A stretch of DNA of 63,514 nucleotides, filler included, from Hyphochytrium catenoides (GCA_900088475.1; 11 parts of 11 records of this genome joined end to end with filler, not necessarily neighbours in it), one strand, 5' to 3'; positions 48,866 to 60,952 are shown, counted from the whole stretch's first letter. Notes: generated by a model not told the origin, from the letters alone. Numbers and translations are program-made.

Positions 48866-49965
48866 TCAGTGTTCTGGACCAACAAAGACCGGACCACAAC
48901 ATACAGGGAGATGGAGAAGAGATATCCGTCTAGGCAGACAAAGGCTGGCTGTTGACTCCTCTAGTAGAAGAACAGAGAGAGAAGCATCGCAATTACCTGC
49001 CCCGGCTTCATCTCCTGCCATACATTCTCTGATGCTTTCCTCATACTCTTCCTCGTAGACTGCCCGAGAGAGGTTTCTCTGCACCGAGGGCTTGGATAAG
49101 AAAGCGACGCTCTTCTCGTCCAGGAGCACGCCTTCTCTTCCTTTCTCTCCTCTTACCCTGACGCCCTTTAGCTCCCTAACCTTGGCCCATTCCTCATCGC
49201 CCCTAAGAAGCGAAGGCCACGGGGGTGCCGCCTTATCATCGTTTGCGGCATCCGAGTCCAGCCAGATGGTTAGACAATATCTGAGAGAAAAGGAGGGAAG
49301 AACGCGATGAAGAGTTGTCTCTGAGTAGAAGAGAACAAGGCGGTCCATGAAAGGTTTGACATCCACTGCTGGGTGTAGGAAGCTGGCCAGACGGATCTCT
49401 CCGCCTTGTGTCTCTCTTTCTTCGTCTTCCTTTCCCTGTGTATCTTTATAGTCTGGATTGAGATAGAGAAGGCAAGAGAGCCTTCGCTATGAGAAGCCAG
49501 GAAGCAAGGCAGGAGGGTGAAAAGGGGTTAGGACGGGCGACAATTACCTTCAGGTCCAAGAGAGAGAGACACACAGAGAGACAGACCGGGAGGCCTGTCA
49601 ATGGGGAAGAGAGAGGCAGGTTGATAGATAAAGAGAGAGAGAGATAAAGAGAGAGAGAGAGAGCAATGCTGGAAAGAGAGCTAGCGCTCCTACCTTATCA
49701 GGGGGCCCTGGATTGTCATAGTGAAGCGGAAAGCAGGCGCCATGGCCCTCGTTGCATTGGAGCTTGATTGTATGACAGCCTAGAGACAAAGAAGTGAGCC
49801 CTCCCTCCCTCATTTCCCCTTTCTCAGATTTCTCATCCTCTCTGTCTTCTCAGTCTAAGCATGAAGCAGAGTGCCCAGCATCTCGCACTTTGTACTCTTT
49901 CTCTTGCTCTCTATTTCCTGAGCAACTTCCGCGTGCTCCCTCTAAGATTTTGCTCTAGGTCTGGT

Positions 49966-50004
<39 letters not shown>

Positions 50005-50588
50005 TTGTCTTCTTCCTCCCTCTTTCTCTCTCTTCTTCCTCTCTCTCTCTCTTTGCTTGTGGAGGAGGTCCATCTTGGCCCCTTTCTTGATTGATGCTGA
50101 CCTGGCTTAGTCCTAAGCTTGAGCTTAGGATTGAGACTGTTGAGATGCTCAGCCAATTCGTGGGCGTGCCAGAAGAACTCTGACAATTCTGGCAGTCTTT
50201 CTCTCAGCTGATGGTGGAGATCCAGCTCATAGATGTGAGGCTTCGTGACAGTGAAGGGAACCGCTTTCTCTCGCTCTCCCTCTCCTTGGCTCTTTACTAA
50301 GAACTTTATTTGATTAGGAAGAAGAAGAGAGTTCTCCTGAAGAAATCTAATCTCTGCCAACAGAGCAGAAGCCCAATCTTCCCCTAGAAAGTTGTCCACG
50401 ATGGCAAACCCATAGGCGTCCAGGTGATGAAGGGTAGAGAGAGAGAGAGAGCGGAAGCGAGAGAAATCTCCTTTGAACTCTTGAGGATAACTAATGGGAA
50501 ACGGAGACTGCGTCTCTCCGCTCTTATCGCCGCCTCCATCTGCCCTATCGGATGCGGCAACCTCGTCCTTTCTGCTGCCCGTCTCCAT
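48866..50588 (-). CDS. 2-oxoglutarate/Fe(II) dioxygenase, EGLN/prolyl-4-hydroxylase-like, 3 exons
   Basis: GFAIVDNFLG; KLQCNEGHGACFPLHYDN (HxD); RRLSCLLYLNPDY; GGEIRL; KPFMDRLVLFYSETTLHRVLPS (H); RYCLTIW (2OG-binding Arg). Confidence 0.88.
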
Positions 50589-50788
50589 GAGAGAGCTAAA
50601 GCGAAGCGGTCTATCCTAACGGATCAATGGCCGGACTTTCCTAGTCAATCCTTCCCTATAAAGTGGGAAGCTCTCTTCTCTCGCAGAGAGTCTCACTGCT
50701 GCTTGGGTCTCCCTTCCATCGCCATTGCATGCTTGTAGCTGCTGCTCTCTCCGTTCACGCCATCTTCTACCCTTCACATCATCCCCGT

Positions 50789-50821
<33 letters not shown>

Positions 50822-51261
50822 TTCTNNNNNNNNNNNNNNNNNNNNNNNNNNNNNNNNNNNNNNNNNNNNNNNNNNNNNNNNNNTCTCTCTCTCTCTCTTT
50901 CTCTCTCTCTCGTTCTCTCTTTCTCAACTCGGTCTCTCACATCAGCTGCTTTTCATCATTATTGGCAAGATTCTCAAACACTTTGTCCTGCTCGCCAGCC
51001 ATCAAGAATAACGAAGTTTACAATATAATTCACCTTACAAGTCTAAGCCATCATAATTGACAATACTGGAGAGGACAAACGTAGCTGCAAACTTAGAGCA
51101 CTAGGTGCCTGTCAAATTCACAACCTCCGCTGTAAATTGTGAGATATAGCTAAGATGTCTAATTTCACACCATTTTTCACATCCGAATCCAAAGGTCATC
51201 CAGAGTCCAGGAAGGAGGTCAGGTCACCTGGAGAAGCGACCGGGCAGAGAGAGAGAGAGAG

Positions 51262-51292
<31 letters not shown>

Positions 51293-51449
51293 CAGAGAAG
51301 ATAAACGCAAGGTAGGAGTGCATTGCCAGCGGACGGCAGACAGAGTGATCGGCAAAGTAATAGGAGAGAATCTATAAGGGAAGCAAAGTGAGAAAGAAGA
51401 GGTTCAGGGCATATCCATCTCTTCTCTCCTGCTCCTTGGATGTCTGAGG

Positions 51450-52052
51450 TCATTGCTTCAGGCAAGCTTTAGCAACCATCAGATCCTCTCTCTGAAGGCT
51501 CGCAACCGCCTTTCCTAGGAGAAAAGAGGCAATAAGAGAGCGAGAGGCGCGCGGGAGTCTCACCTCGTGCTCCTCTTCTAAACCTAACGCTAACAAATAC
51601 TTCGTACTGTCTATCAGACCTCTTGCAGTCACCGCCCCTTCAGAAGCTATGGTCTCGCTCCTTAGATAGCTCATAAAGAGCTTCAAGAGAGAGAGAGGGA
51701 GAGATAAGAGCCTTCTCTTTGGGTAGGAGACCACGCCTCCATCCGTCCCGATGTTATGAAAGGAGAACGAGTCCCAGACGGCCGTGCTTCTCCTTCTCTC
51801 TTTGCACTGAAGAGAGAGAAACTCTAAGCAGCCCTCAAATCCATCGTTCCCGGGGGCAGGATGGAGGAAACTGCAGCAGCGGGAGTTCAGTACCTCTAAA
51901 GGGAAGAAAGGGCGAAGCGTGTGCATGACCACCTGAGCGGTCGAGGAAAGAGGGGTTAGTGCGGAGAGTAGGGAGAGAGAGAGAAAGACAGTGAGACAAC
52001 CTAGACAATTAGAAGAGGAGGCTAGTGCACCTTTATTTCCTTCTCTCTCTCC

Positions 52053-52089
<37 letters not shown>

Positions 52090-53672
52090 ACTCTCTCTCT
52101 CTGATGCCCTCTCGCTCTCGCGACCTCTCTTTTCCTTCCCTCTCTCGCTCTCTCTTTCTCTCTCTGTCTCATGCTCTCTCTTCTTCGTGCCTCATATTCT
52201 CCGTCTGCTTCTCCCTCTACACCCACCTCCTCCACCCGTACTCACCTCATTATGTCCAAAGGGCTTTCCCCAAGGTCCACCCCAGTTGTCAATATCGTCA
52301 GGCATTGGGTTGGGCTTCCAGGCTAAGGCCTGGCCGCCAATTACGCGGTCAACTTCTTCTTGAACGGAAAGCTGCCGGCTTTGGCCACCGGTCTTTTCTC
52401 TTCGAGCTTTCCCTCTACTTCCTGGGCTTTTGCTTTTCGATCCGCTGGAGAGTTCCTTTGTTATAATCGCTCCATCTCCTTTGCTCTTTTCGTACTTTGC
52501 ACGCAAGAGACGAGAGACTCTGTCGCACGTAGCTCCACATCGTACGGGACCTATGGTTACATAGCGGATAAGGACGAGCTTGTGAAAGGAACTCAAGGGC
52601 GATGACATAAGGGACTGGTTCTGGGAAAGGCAGAGAAGAGAGAGAGAGAGATGACAGGACGCACGGAGGAAAGGGAAGAAAGAGAGATAAAAGATAGCGA
52701 CAGACCTTTCCAATCGCCTCCAAAGTCATCAGGTTGTCTGCCATCCATCCAGCGCGTCTGGGCTGCTAACCTCTCACCCCCAGCATCAGAGGCAGAGAGC
52801 AAGTCGAACGGAATTCCTAGAATGCGGAGCTTTTCTTTAACTTCTTCTCGCTTCTCTTTCTTTCTTCCTCTCAGAGCAGGATGGAGGGACAGGGGTTGGG
52901 CGAGCTGGACGTACAGACTTTCTGTCACGCTCTGGAGCTCTTGTCGCAAAGCAGACTTTTGTTTCTTCCCTTCTTTCTCTTTGCTTACATCGGACGGTGT
53001 AGAAGAGAACGAGTAGGGATCATCCAGCACAATCTCCGCAGAGCTCGCTTTTTTCTTCATCCAGAGCTCTTCCTTTTCTTCCTTTCTTAGTGAGACTGAG
53101 AGAAGAAGGAGACGACGGGCTAACTTGAGCCTGGCTTTGCTTCTCTCCAGCTCTTGGCGTATAACAGAGCTATTGGGAGCTGGTGATGGGCAAGAGATAC
53201 CGAGCGTTGAATAAGGAGAGGCCGAAGACGATAGTGTAACCCATTGCTTTGCTCCTACTGCCTGAAAAAGCCCTTTTCTCCTCTCCAGAGATGACAAGGA
53301 TGGAGAAAGGGAATACTCTAGTACGCCCCAGAGAGAGAGAGAGGACCATTCTTTCAGCGACAGCGTTTGTTCTGATGTGACGAGCACTGCCTCTTCCATT
53401 CGCTGCGCTCTACTTATGTACAAAGGCCTCTGGAGCTTTGTAATCTTACTGGGGATAAGCATCAGAGGTATCTGGCCAAGATAAAGAGAAAGAGAGAGCG
53501 GTAAGTTAGCTTGTTAGCAGGGGAGATGGAGAGCAAGCAGATGGCGAGCAGGAGGATCTTCTAGTCAAGGGCTCAAGGACTATGGAAGGGCAGAAGATGA
53601 GTCAGTGACAACAAGGAGAGCCGCAACTCTAAACGAAGCTCCCTAAGGTGTGTATAAGTCCCAAATCAGAAT

Positions 53673-53732
<60 letters not shown>

Positions 53733-54451
53733 CAGGCAATGATCTTGACATAGAACAAAACTTACGACATCTGTAGCAGATATGTGGCCAAGAGAAGGGC
53801 CAGTCAAGCCAGACTGAATGGTGAGAGCAGAAAGAGCGAATTAGAGAAGAGAGGAGATGACAGAGAGAGAGAGAGAGAGTAGGCAATAAGATACCTGCAG
53901 GTACTTCAGAAGAGAGTATAACCGCTTCACCTCCTCCTTCTCCGTGTTATCGACTAAAACAAGGTACCGACGGCCTGGGTGAAGAGCCAGCAAACAGTAC
54001 AGATGCTCCTCTCTTTCTTCGGAAGTGGAACAGACAACCACTTGCGGAGGAACAGGAAAGTGACCACCACTCTCTTTCACTTCCCGCTGCGCTTCGACGG
54101 CACATTTCTCTCTTCTCACTTTTTGGTCGATCTTCATCTTCTTTGGTCCATCGCCCGTAGCCGTAAGAGTAGGTTCTAGAGAGGAAATCTTCCTCTTTTC
54201 CTTCAACAAAAGAGCGCTGCTCGCTTTCTGCGGTTGCCGGGAAGAAGTGTTGGAGGCCGGAGGGAGGGAGGGAGGTCCTTCGATTGACCTCCTTTCTGCT
54301 TCAGCAATACTCTGCTTACTTCGTTTTTTCAGCGCTCTCTTCTCGTTTTTACTCAGAGGCACCCCCACAGGGGACGCAGAGGACATAGAAGACCTGGGCG
54401 CAGGGGCCTTTTTGCCCTGTTGGCTGCTGAAGGATGCCAACGTTGCAGCTG
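51450..54451 (-). CDS. DDX24/MAK5-like degenerate helicase C-terminal region fused to an unknown Gly/Trp/Cys-rich domain; 5' exon(s) missing
   Basis: CSTSEEREEHLYCLLALHPGRRYLVLVDN...VKRLYSLL and KARLKLARRLL...ELWMKKKASSAEIVLDD...LAQPL match the DDX24 C-half pattern. Downstream exons read WKPNPMPDDIDNWGGPWGKPFGHNE|VVMHTLRPFFPLEVLNSRCCSFLHPAPGNDGFEGCLE. Confidence 0.7.
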
Positions 54452-54468
54452 CCAAGAGAGTCAGAGAA

Positions 54469-54527
<59 letters not shown>

Positions 54528-55399
54528 GACAGAGAGAGAGAGAGAAACGTGGATACGTTAACAGAGAAGATAGGGAGAACTCTGGAGAATGCAGGGAGAA
54601 GGAAAGAGAGAGAGACAGAGAGACCTAAGAGACAAGANNNNNNNNNNNNNNNNNNNNNNNNNNNNNNNNNNNNNNNNNNNNTTAATTAATTAANNNNNNN
54701 NNNNNNNNNNNNNNNNNNNNNNNNNNNNNNNNNNNNNCAAAAGCAGACGCGTTGTCCTCATTGTACCAGGACCACTCCTCTACAACTTCTTGCGGGATAG
54801 AGCGAACGAGTCGGAGTTGCCTGATGATGATGGCACCAGCAATTTCTGAATCAAGGGCTAGCGAACACAGGCAGATGGAGCCACTGACAGGCTTCAGTCG
54901 TCTGAACTATCTTGCGAGAAAGGTGAGCACCACTCTACTTCTTCTATTATAAAACTGTTCAATGATCTCATTGACTGTTCGCGGGTGACTGCGTTAACCC
55001 CCGTCCCTCATCAGTCCCAGCAAATTTCAGACAACAAGGCGACACTCAGACTACCCTTTGTTCTTCTCAGGTGCTGCACGGCATCACCCCTTGATCTTTC
55101 TTGCACGTCATCACCCATCACTCTTCTACTATGCAATGCCCCGGTTGCATCCTCACACTGAATCCTCACCAACAGGCGCCGAGCTACCACCCTTCCTCGC
55201 GTTCTTTATCTGGCTTCATTGACCTTTCTCCATCGGTCACGGGCTCTGCCTTCCATCACGAAGAAGGGCATACACTCTGGACGACACACAGCTCTGTGTG
55301 AAAGTGTGAGAGGACGATGGAGAGAGAAAGAAAGACAGGGACGAAGAAGCCAGAGCATACAGAAATTATCTTTTGGGCGTCCATGTCGCTCTTCATTGT

Positions 55400-55900
55400 G
55401 CTCAGCGCACCGACACCACTGCGCCGCGCCCCTAACCTCAGACAGAGATCACAGAGATATTTGCACTCATCACCGCTTATCTGCGCCTGATTCCAAACAC
55501 ACATAGAACCAAATCTTATCCCTATGTCAATAGACTAGGTACGCTAACACACGAGCTGTGACTTGTACAGAATAGAGGGTTGAGATTGAGTTAGGGTCGA
55601 GAGCGATTTATATGGAAACCTTCGTTTGAATAAAAGGAATAATGAAAGGTTTCATCTCATAAGGATCAAGCTACTGCCTTTTGGAAACTTACGTTAGATT
55701 TCTCAAATACGAATTTTATGGTCTCTATGTGAGGCTTGGCTGGAAAAATTGAGAAGGCTTGCTTCCGTGTCTCTTTCTCCTCCTGTTGCTTCTTGCTCTG
55801 TCTCGTCGTTATCATGGTAGTGCGAGGGACCACAAGTGAGGATCGACCAGGGACTGGCCCTTCTCAACCTATTTGCTCCCTTATCCATCTCTCCTTTTAT
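55400..55900 (-). mobile_element. Highly degenerate Ty3/gypsy reverse transcriptase remnant
   Basis: Frameshifted fragments in the correct RT order: GANRLRRASPWS, FSS...HKIRI, YEMKPF, VLAYL, CKY...LG. Confidence 0.3.
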
Positions 55901-56536
55901 CTATTTGGTCTGTCTCGCTCTTTCTTAGTCTCTCACTACCGGTAATCGTTCAACTCTCTAAATCTATAACAATAGGATCTGTTTTACTCTGTCTAGCTGT
56001 CACAGCGCCTCTGTCTCTGTGACCCTTCGTCTCTCTCCTCATCCTCTAGTCACTGTTGGACAGCCTAAGAAAACATCATCTCCTCACGTCATGACTGTAC
56101 CTCGTACCCGATCCTTAGCCGATCAAGTCTATACAGTAATCTATCTTCTCCTAATGCTATTATATTTACCACCGTTACTGACTCTGTCTTAAGGTACTAC
56201 TCAATCCTAAACCGCTCTCTTGCTGACTCTTTGATTTCTTGGTCACTCTTGAGTCCTCATAGCAGCTGGTTCTTTCTGTCTCTCTCTCTCTCTTTCTTTC
56301 TCTCTTTCTCTCTGTCCGCTGCCTACAAGTACTGCCTACGGAGGCTCTTTCTATCAGCATCTCTGTCTCACTCTTAGTCTGTGTTCTGTTATTCGTCAGC
56401 TGATATTTTTTGTATCTCTTGCCTCACTCTGTCTTTCTTCTCTACAGCCCTTGCTCTCTCTCTCACACTCTTCTTATTCGTCTCGTCCTTTATGGCACTT
56501 TCTGTGGTTTTCGTGTCTCTTCCTTCCCTATCTTCT

Positions 56537-56571
<35 letters not shown>

Positions 56572-56671
56572 NNNNNNNNNNNNNNNNNNNNNNNNNNNNN
56601 NNNNNNNNNNNNNNNTTAATTAATTAANNNNNNNNNNNNNNNNNNNNNNNNNNNNNNNNNNNNNNNNNNNN

Positions 56672-57406
56672 CGACAGTCGAAGTATATTACCGAGATCTT
56701 GGAGCGCTTCAACCTACTTGATACCTACCCCACTCCTATCCCAGCGGTGCCTAAGACGTACTTGCCCAAAGCTTCTACCATTCCGCTTTCTGATGATGGC
56801 GCTGACCGGTTGGCTCGCACCCCTTATCGTCAAGCAGTGGGTTCCTTGCTGTACGTCATGGTGTGCACGCGGCCTGATATAGCTTATGCGGTACAAGCTG
56901 TGAGCCAACACGTCACCACTAACTTCCGCCACGTTCACTGGGAAGCTGTCCAACGTATCTTCACCTACCTGAAGGCCACCCACGACTACTCCTTGTGTCT
57001 AGGGGGAGATACCCCTATTCAACTCTCCGTCCAGGCTGATGCTGATTGGGCTAGTGACCCAGCTGACCGGAAGTCTATCACAGGCTATTTCTTGAGCCTC
57101 AATGGAGGTGCTTTTGCATGGAAGTCAAAAAAACAATCTCTCAGACCGTCGTCAGCCACGGAAGCGGAGTGCGTCTCTCTTTGGTCCGCAAGCCAGGTCG
57201 CAGAGCACTTCAGTGTGTTCCTTGGCGAGCTTGGCTTCTCCAACCAGCTGCCCATCCCTGTTAATCAGGACAACCAAAGCGCAGTTGTCCTCTGCTCCTC
57301 TTCACGACCAAAGTCAAAGACTTTAGATGTCAAGGACTGTGTCCTGCAAGAGAAGGTCGCCAATGGGAATATTACGCTGGTCTATACTCCCTCTAGACAA
57401 CAGTAA
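56672..57406 (+). mobile_element. Ty1/copia pol C-terminal fragment (RT end and RNase H)
   Basis: PYRQAVGSLLYVMVCTRPDIAYAV, HWEAVQRIFTYLK, ADADWASDPADRKSITGY, WKSKKQ, SSATEAE, NQDNQSA. Confidence 0.93.
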
Positions 57407-57438
57407 CGACCAACTGCGAGTGTGGGCCCAACATAACC

Positions 57439-57676
57439 TGATGAACTTTACAGAGCTAGGTGGCAGTGCCTGAAGCTTCTGTATGAGCACAATCTAGATG
57501 AAACGATAACAAAGGGACTTGGTATTGATGTGTGATGGAGATTTCTCTGAATCATCACTCAGTCCTGAGAGCCTGGCCTGGACTCGAGATCTTTTGCTCG
57601 GCCCAGCTTCCCTCATCATCTCTGTCTCCTGTGCTGACTACGGTACTACTGACAACGAACATCGTAGCACTCAACA
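57439..57676 (-). mobile_element. LTR family A, internally deleted copy, followed by a degenerate copia PBS
   Basis: The minus strand runs TGTTGAGTG...GTTCATCA (TG..CA), then ggttatg[ttg]ggccc. The same sequence recurs at 59780-60113 and 62095-62146. Confidence 0.7.
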
Positions 57677-57679
57677 AAG

Positions 57680-58551
57680 AGTTGTGCACTGGGAGGCTGT
57701 TAAGCGCATCTTTAGGTGCTTGAAGGGTACAGTGGACCTAGGCTTGACTCTTGGTGGTATAAGTGCGCCATGCCTAAAGGCGTTTGCGGATGCAGACTGG
57801 GCCAATGACCCGTCGGACCGGAAGTCCATCTCAGGATACTACTTCACTTTAGGGGAGGGAGCTTTTGTTTGGAAATCGCTGAAACAGCAGCTCACTGCCT
57901 CATCCTCGACGGAGGCGGAATGTATCTCTCTTTGGGCGGCCACCAAGCACGTGGATCATCTTCTGTGTCTATTGGGGAGCTAGGATGTCCTCAGAAGGGA
58001 CCGATCGAGATCTTTCAGGATAACAAGAGCACGATCACGGTTTGCAAGATGTCTCGACCCAACTATTCCGAATAAACCCTAAGATATGGAGTTATAAAGA
58101 TATCCCTGTCTAGAATAGTCAGTCCTGAAGGTATTCCGGGTGCTGACCATAAGCCATAGATATAAACAGGGACATTTCGTTGGCTTCATATCTCGGCTTC
58201 TATTGGGAGTTTAGAGCTGAAACTTGGGTAGTTAAGCTTGCCAGCTTGTAGTCCACATAGCTGTGCCCTCAGACTCCAACACCTCCCCGCAGCTCAAACT
58301 CCCTATTGTGAAGGATCGAAGCTGAACATTCAACAGTCCAAGCACATCGATGTGAAGCACTGTGTTGTCCGAGAGAAGGTAACATCCGGAGTATCAAGCT
58401 GACATCTACGAAATCGTGTCATATGACGGCTGATGTTCTGACCGAGGGTCTTCCTTGGCCACTTTTTCGTGAGTTTCGTGTTGCATTGGGCGTTCGTGGT
58501 GATTTTAAGAACTCCAGTACTCGCTAGATTGTTCGTACTGCGGGGAAGGGG
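57680..58551 (+). mobile_element. Second Ty1/copia RNase H fragment, interrupted at about 58063-58330 by an inverted LTR-B piece; ends with a polypurine tract
   Basis: HWEAVKRIFRCLKGT, FADADWANDPSDRKSISGY, SSTEAECISL, QDNKSTI [insertion] QSKHIDVKHC...MTADVLT. Purine tract gcggggaagggg near 58541. Confidence 0.85.
58063..58290 (-). mobile_element. LTR family B fragment with upstream polypurine tract. Further pieces at 58940-58993 (+), 59007-59215 (-), about 60277-60330 and 61844-62025
   Basis: The minus strand reads gcggggagg followed by TGTTGGAGTCTGAGGGCACAGCTATGTGGAC. The copy ending at 59007 finishes ...GGCCAAGA directly before a PBS. Confidence 0.65.
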
Positions 58552-58993
58552 TCCGGTAGTGGACGACAGTCCTTATACTGTCCAAATCTCAGCTTCTAAC
58601 TTTTTCTAGTTGCTGAGATATCGCCATTAAAAGATAGCAATAGTTAGCTGCTAGTATTATCTGTGGCATTAGACCACCATCTAAATGGGTGGCTGTGAGG
58701 CATCCGAGTCGTCGGATGCGGATAAGGCCGCATCTTCTGGTCCGCCACTTCATTCTAATCTCACTTTCCAATTTCCCAAGTACCCCACAAGTCAGCATAT
58801 AAGACTAGACGAGAGGATTTAAGTGTCCGTCCGTCCACGAGCCTACCCCTAAAGAAACTCTCGTCAATAAAGATGATCGTGCCCCAAACCTGCCAGCGGC
58901 TGCCTCTGTTGAATGTTCAGCTTCGACCCTACAATTTTTGGAGTTCGAGCTGCGGGGAGGTGTGGATTCTGAGGGCACAGCTATGTGGACTAA

Positions 58994-59006
58994 TGGGCCC
59001 ATAACC
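58994..59006 (-). other. Copia-type primer-binding site GGTTATGGGCCCA (half tRNA-iMet priming)
   Basis: Match to the Drosophila-copia-type PBS, immediately 3' of the LTR-B end. Confidence 0.75.
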
Positions 59007-59779
59007 TCTTGGCCTCTGTTTGTATGGGATGATTGGACAATGTCCTAGATGAGAGTGCTCAACTTATAACCGAACTGGGGTCCCACAACCTAGAGCTATC
59101 CTGACTATGCTAACCTTTCCTAATAAACCCTAAGATATTCAGTCATAGAGATAACCCTGTCTAGAACAGTCAGTCCTGAAGGTATTCCGGGTACATAAGC
59201 AAGGACATTTCCACTCAAGAAGTCTGGGCCTGCAGGTAGGTGTGCGAGCCGAGGGGACAAGCTTATAATGTGCTATTAGTTCCAGACTCCACCTCACTTG
59301 AGGCAAAAGGCACAAAGCAAGTGTTTCAGGGTTCTGGTAACCAGCTATAATCACGAAGTCAGATCATGGATATTAGAGAAACAGTAACTGGGTCTTGTTG
59401 TTGCCTACTACAAGACACATTTACTAACTAGATCAGACTAGATAACATGATGACTAGATGACGAACATGTTTCCCATAAGCTCTGTACTCTTATTCTGAC
59501 CATATCAGTAAACCACATAACCTAAATAAGAGCGTCTCCAAATCCCGTATATAACACTTGCTGCTGTTGTAGAGAGGACATACGACGAGTAGAGATAATA
59601 TTAATCCTGCCAAACAACAGACGCCAGTAGTGTTCCAAGCATCTTCCAGTATGATGCAGCTGAAGGCGGGATTACGCACTATAAACATCGGCCGACCCTG
59701 GCGAAGCTTAAAGCTATTGATACTAAACAGAAAGTACTACTTGGGTGCTTCACAACTCGGCTTCTACTGGAGAATGCTG

Positions 59780-60113
59780 TGATGAACATTACAGAGCTGG
59801 GTGGCAATGCCTGAAGCTTCTGTATGAGCACAATCTAGATAAAACGATAACAAAGGGACTGGATATTGATCTATGATTGAGATTACTCTGAATGAATGCT
59901 GAGTCCTGAGAGTCTGGTCTCGAGATCTTTTCTCGGCCCAGCTTCCCTCATCATCTCTCTCCCCTCTGCTGTTCCTGTGTTCTTCTGGAAATTCTTCTCA
60001 CATCCCTCTTTCCCATAACACAGGTGTACCCGTAACGTCTATGTCCCTGAGAGCTAGGTGTGTATAGAGAGTGACTACTGTACTACTGACAACGAACATT
60101 GTAGCACTCAACA
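59780..60113 (-). mobile_element. LTR family A, probable solo LTR (334 bp)
   Basis: TG...CA termini; flanks atgctg / atgatg could be a degenerate target-site duplication. Confidence 0.65.
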
Positions 60114-60329
60114 ATGATGACTTGACGCTATGGGTTGGGTAGGCTAGCTAAGCTTGCCTGGTGGTTGCGCAAACAGCTGTGGTGTCCTCAGATTCTAACA
60201 GAGCACTTTAGATTGATACGGGAGCGGCCGAGATACTAGAGAAAAGGCTTGAAAACAATATTCAAAGCCATACATATAAACAGGGACATTTTGGTTGCTT
60301 AAGATCTCGGCTTCGACCGGGAATTTGGA

Positions 60330-60952
60330 GTGGTGTTAGCCAACCGATCTTCTGCCTTTTTCTCCTCCGATTGTCTGTCTCTCAGAATCCTTATTTGTTC
60401 AGCAGCAGCATTTCGTCCACTCTCCTTCTCTTTATTGTTCGGCTGTTCCTCGTCAACCTCATTTTCTCTGCAGCCTTTTTGCGGTAACGCTCCTTCTCTT
60501 CAGCCGTGCGGCTGTTCCTCGACAATTTCTCTCTCTGCAGCAATTTTGCGGTCACGCTCCTTCTCTTCCACCGTGCGGCTGTTTCTTAACAACCTCCTCT
60601 TCTCTGCAGCAGAATTGCGATCCCGTTCCTTCTCGTCATCCGTGCGGCTGTTTCTCATCAATCTCATCCTCTCTGCAGCAGATTTGCGATCTCTCTCCTT
60701 CTCATCATCATCGCGGCTATTCCTCGTGATTCTCATTCGCTCGGTAGCTACTCCTCGATCCCTTTCCTTCAATTCGTCGCTCCGGGCAGCTCGGTATCTC
60801 CTCATGCTGCGTTCTGCAGCGGCAGAGGAGGAAGTTGGCTGTTTGTCCTTTTCTTTATCCTTAGGCCCTCGCTCTTCTTCTTCATCTGCTTTGCGATGTT
60901 CCTTGGCAATCCCACCACCTCTGCCAACTCCCTCTACTTCTCCTGTCTGCAT
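60330..60952 (-). pseudogene. STPR-like 23-aa repeat ORF, possibly a Helitron Rep/Hel N-terminal remnant
   Basis: Four 23-aa (69-bp) units, e.g. SAAERMRLMRNSRTDDEKERDRN, continuing in broken frames to about 60330. Confidence 0.55.

Noticed and set aside
58073-58082. TAAACCCTAA telomere-like motif (also near 59124)
   Set aside because: A single unit inside LTR-B copies, not a telomeric array.
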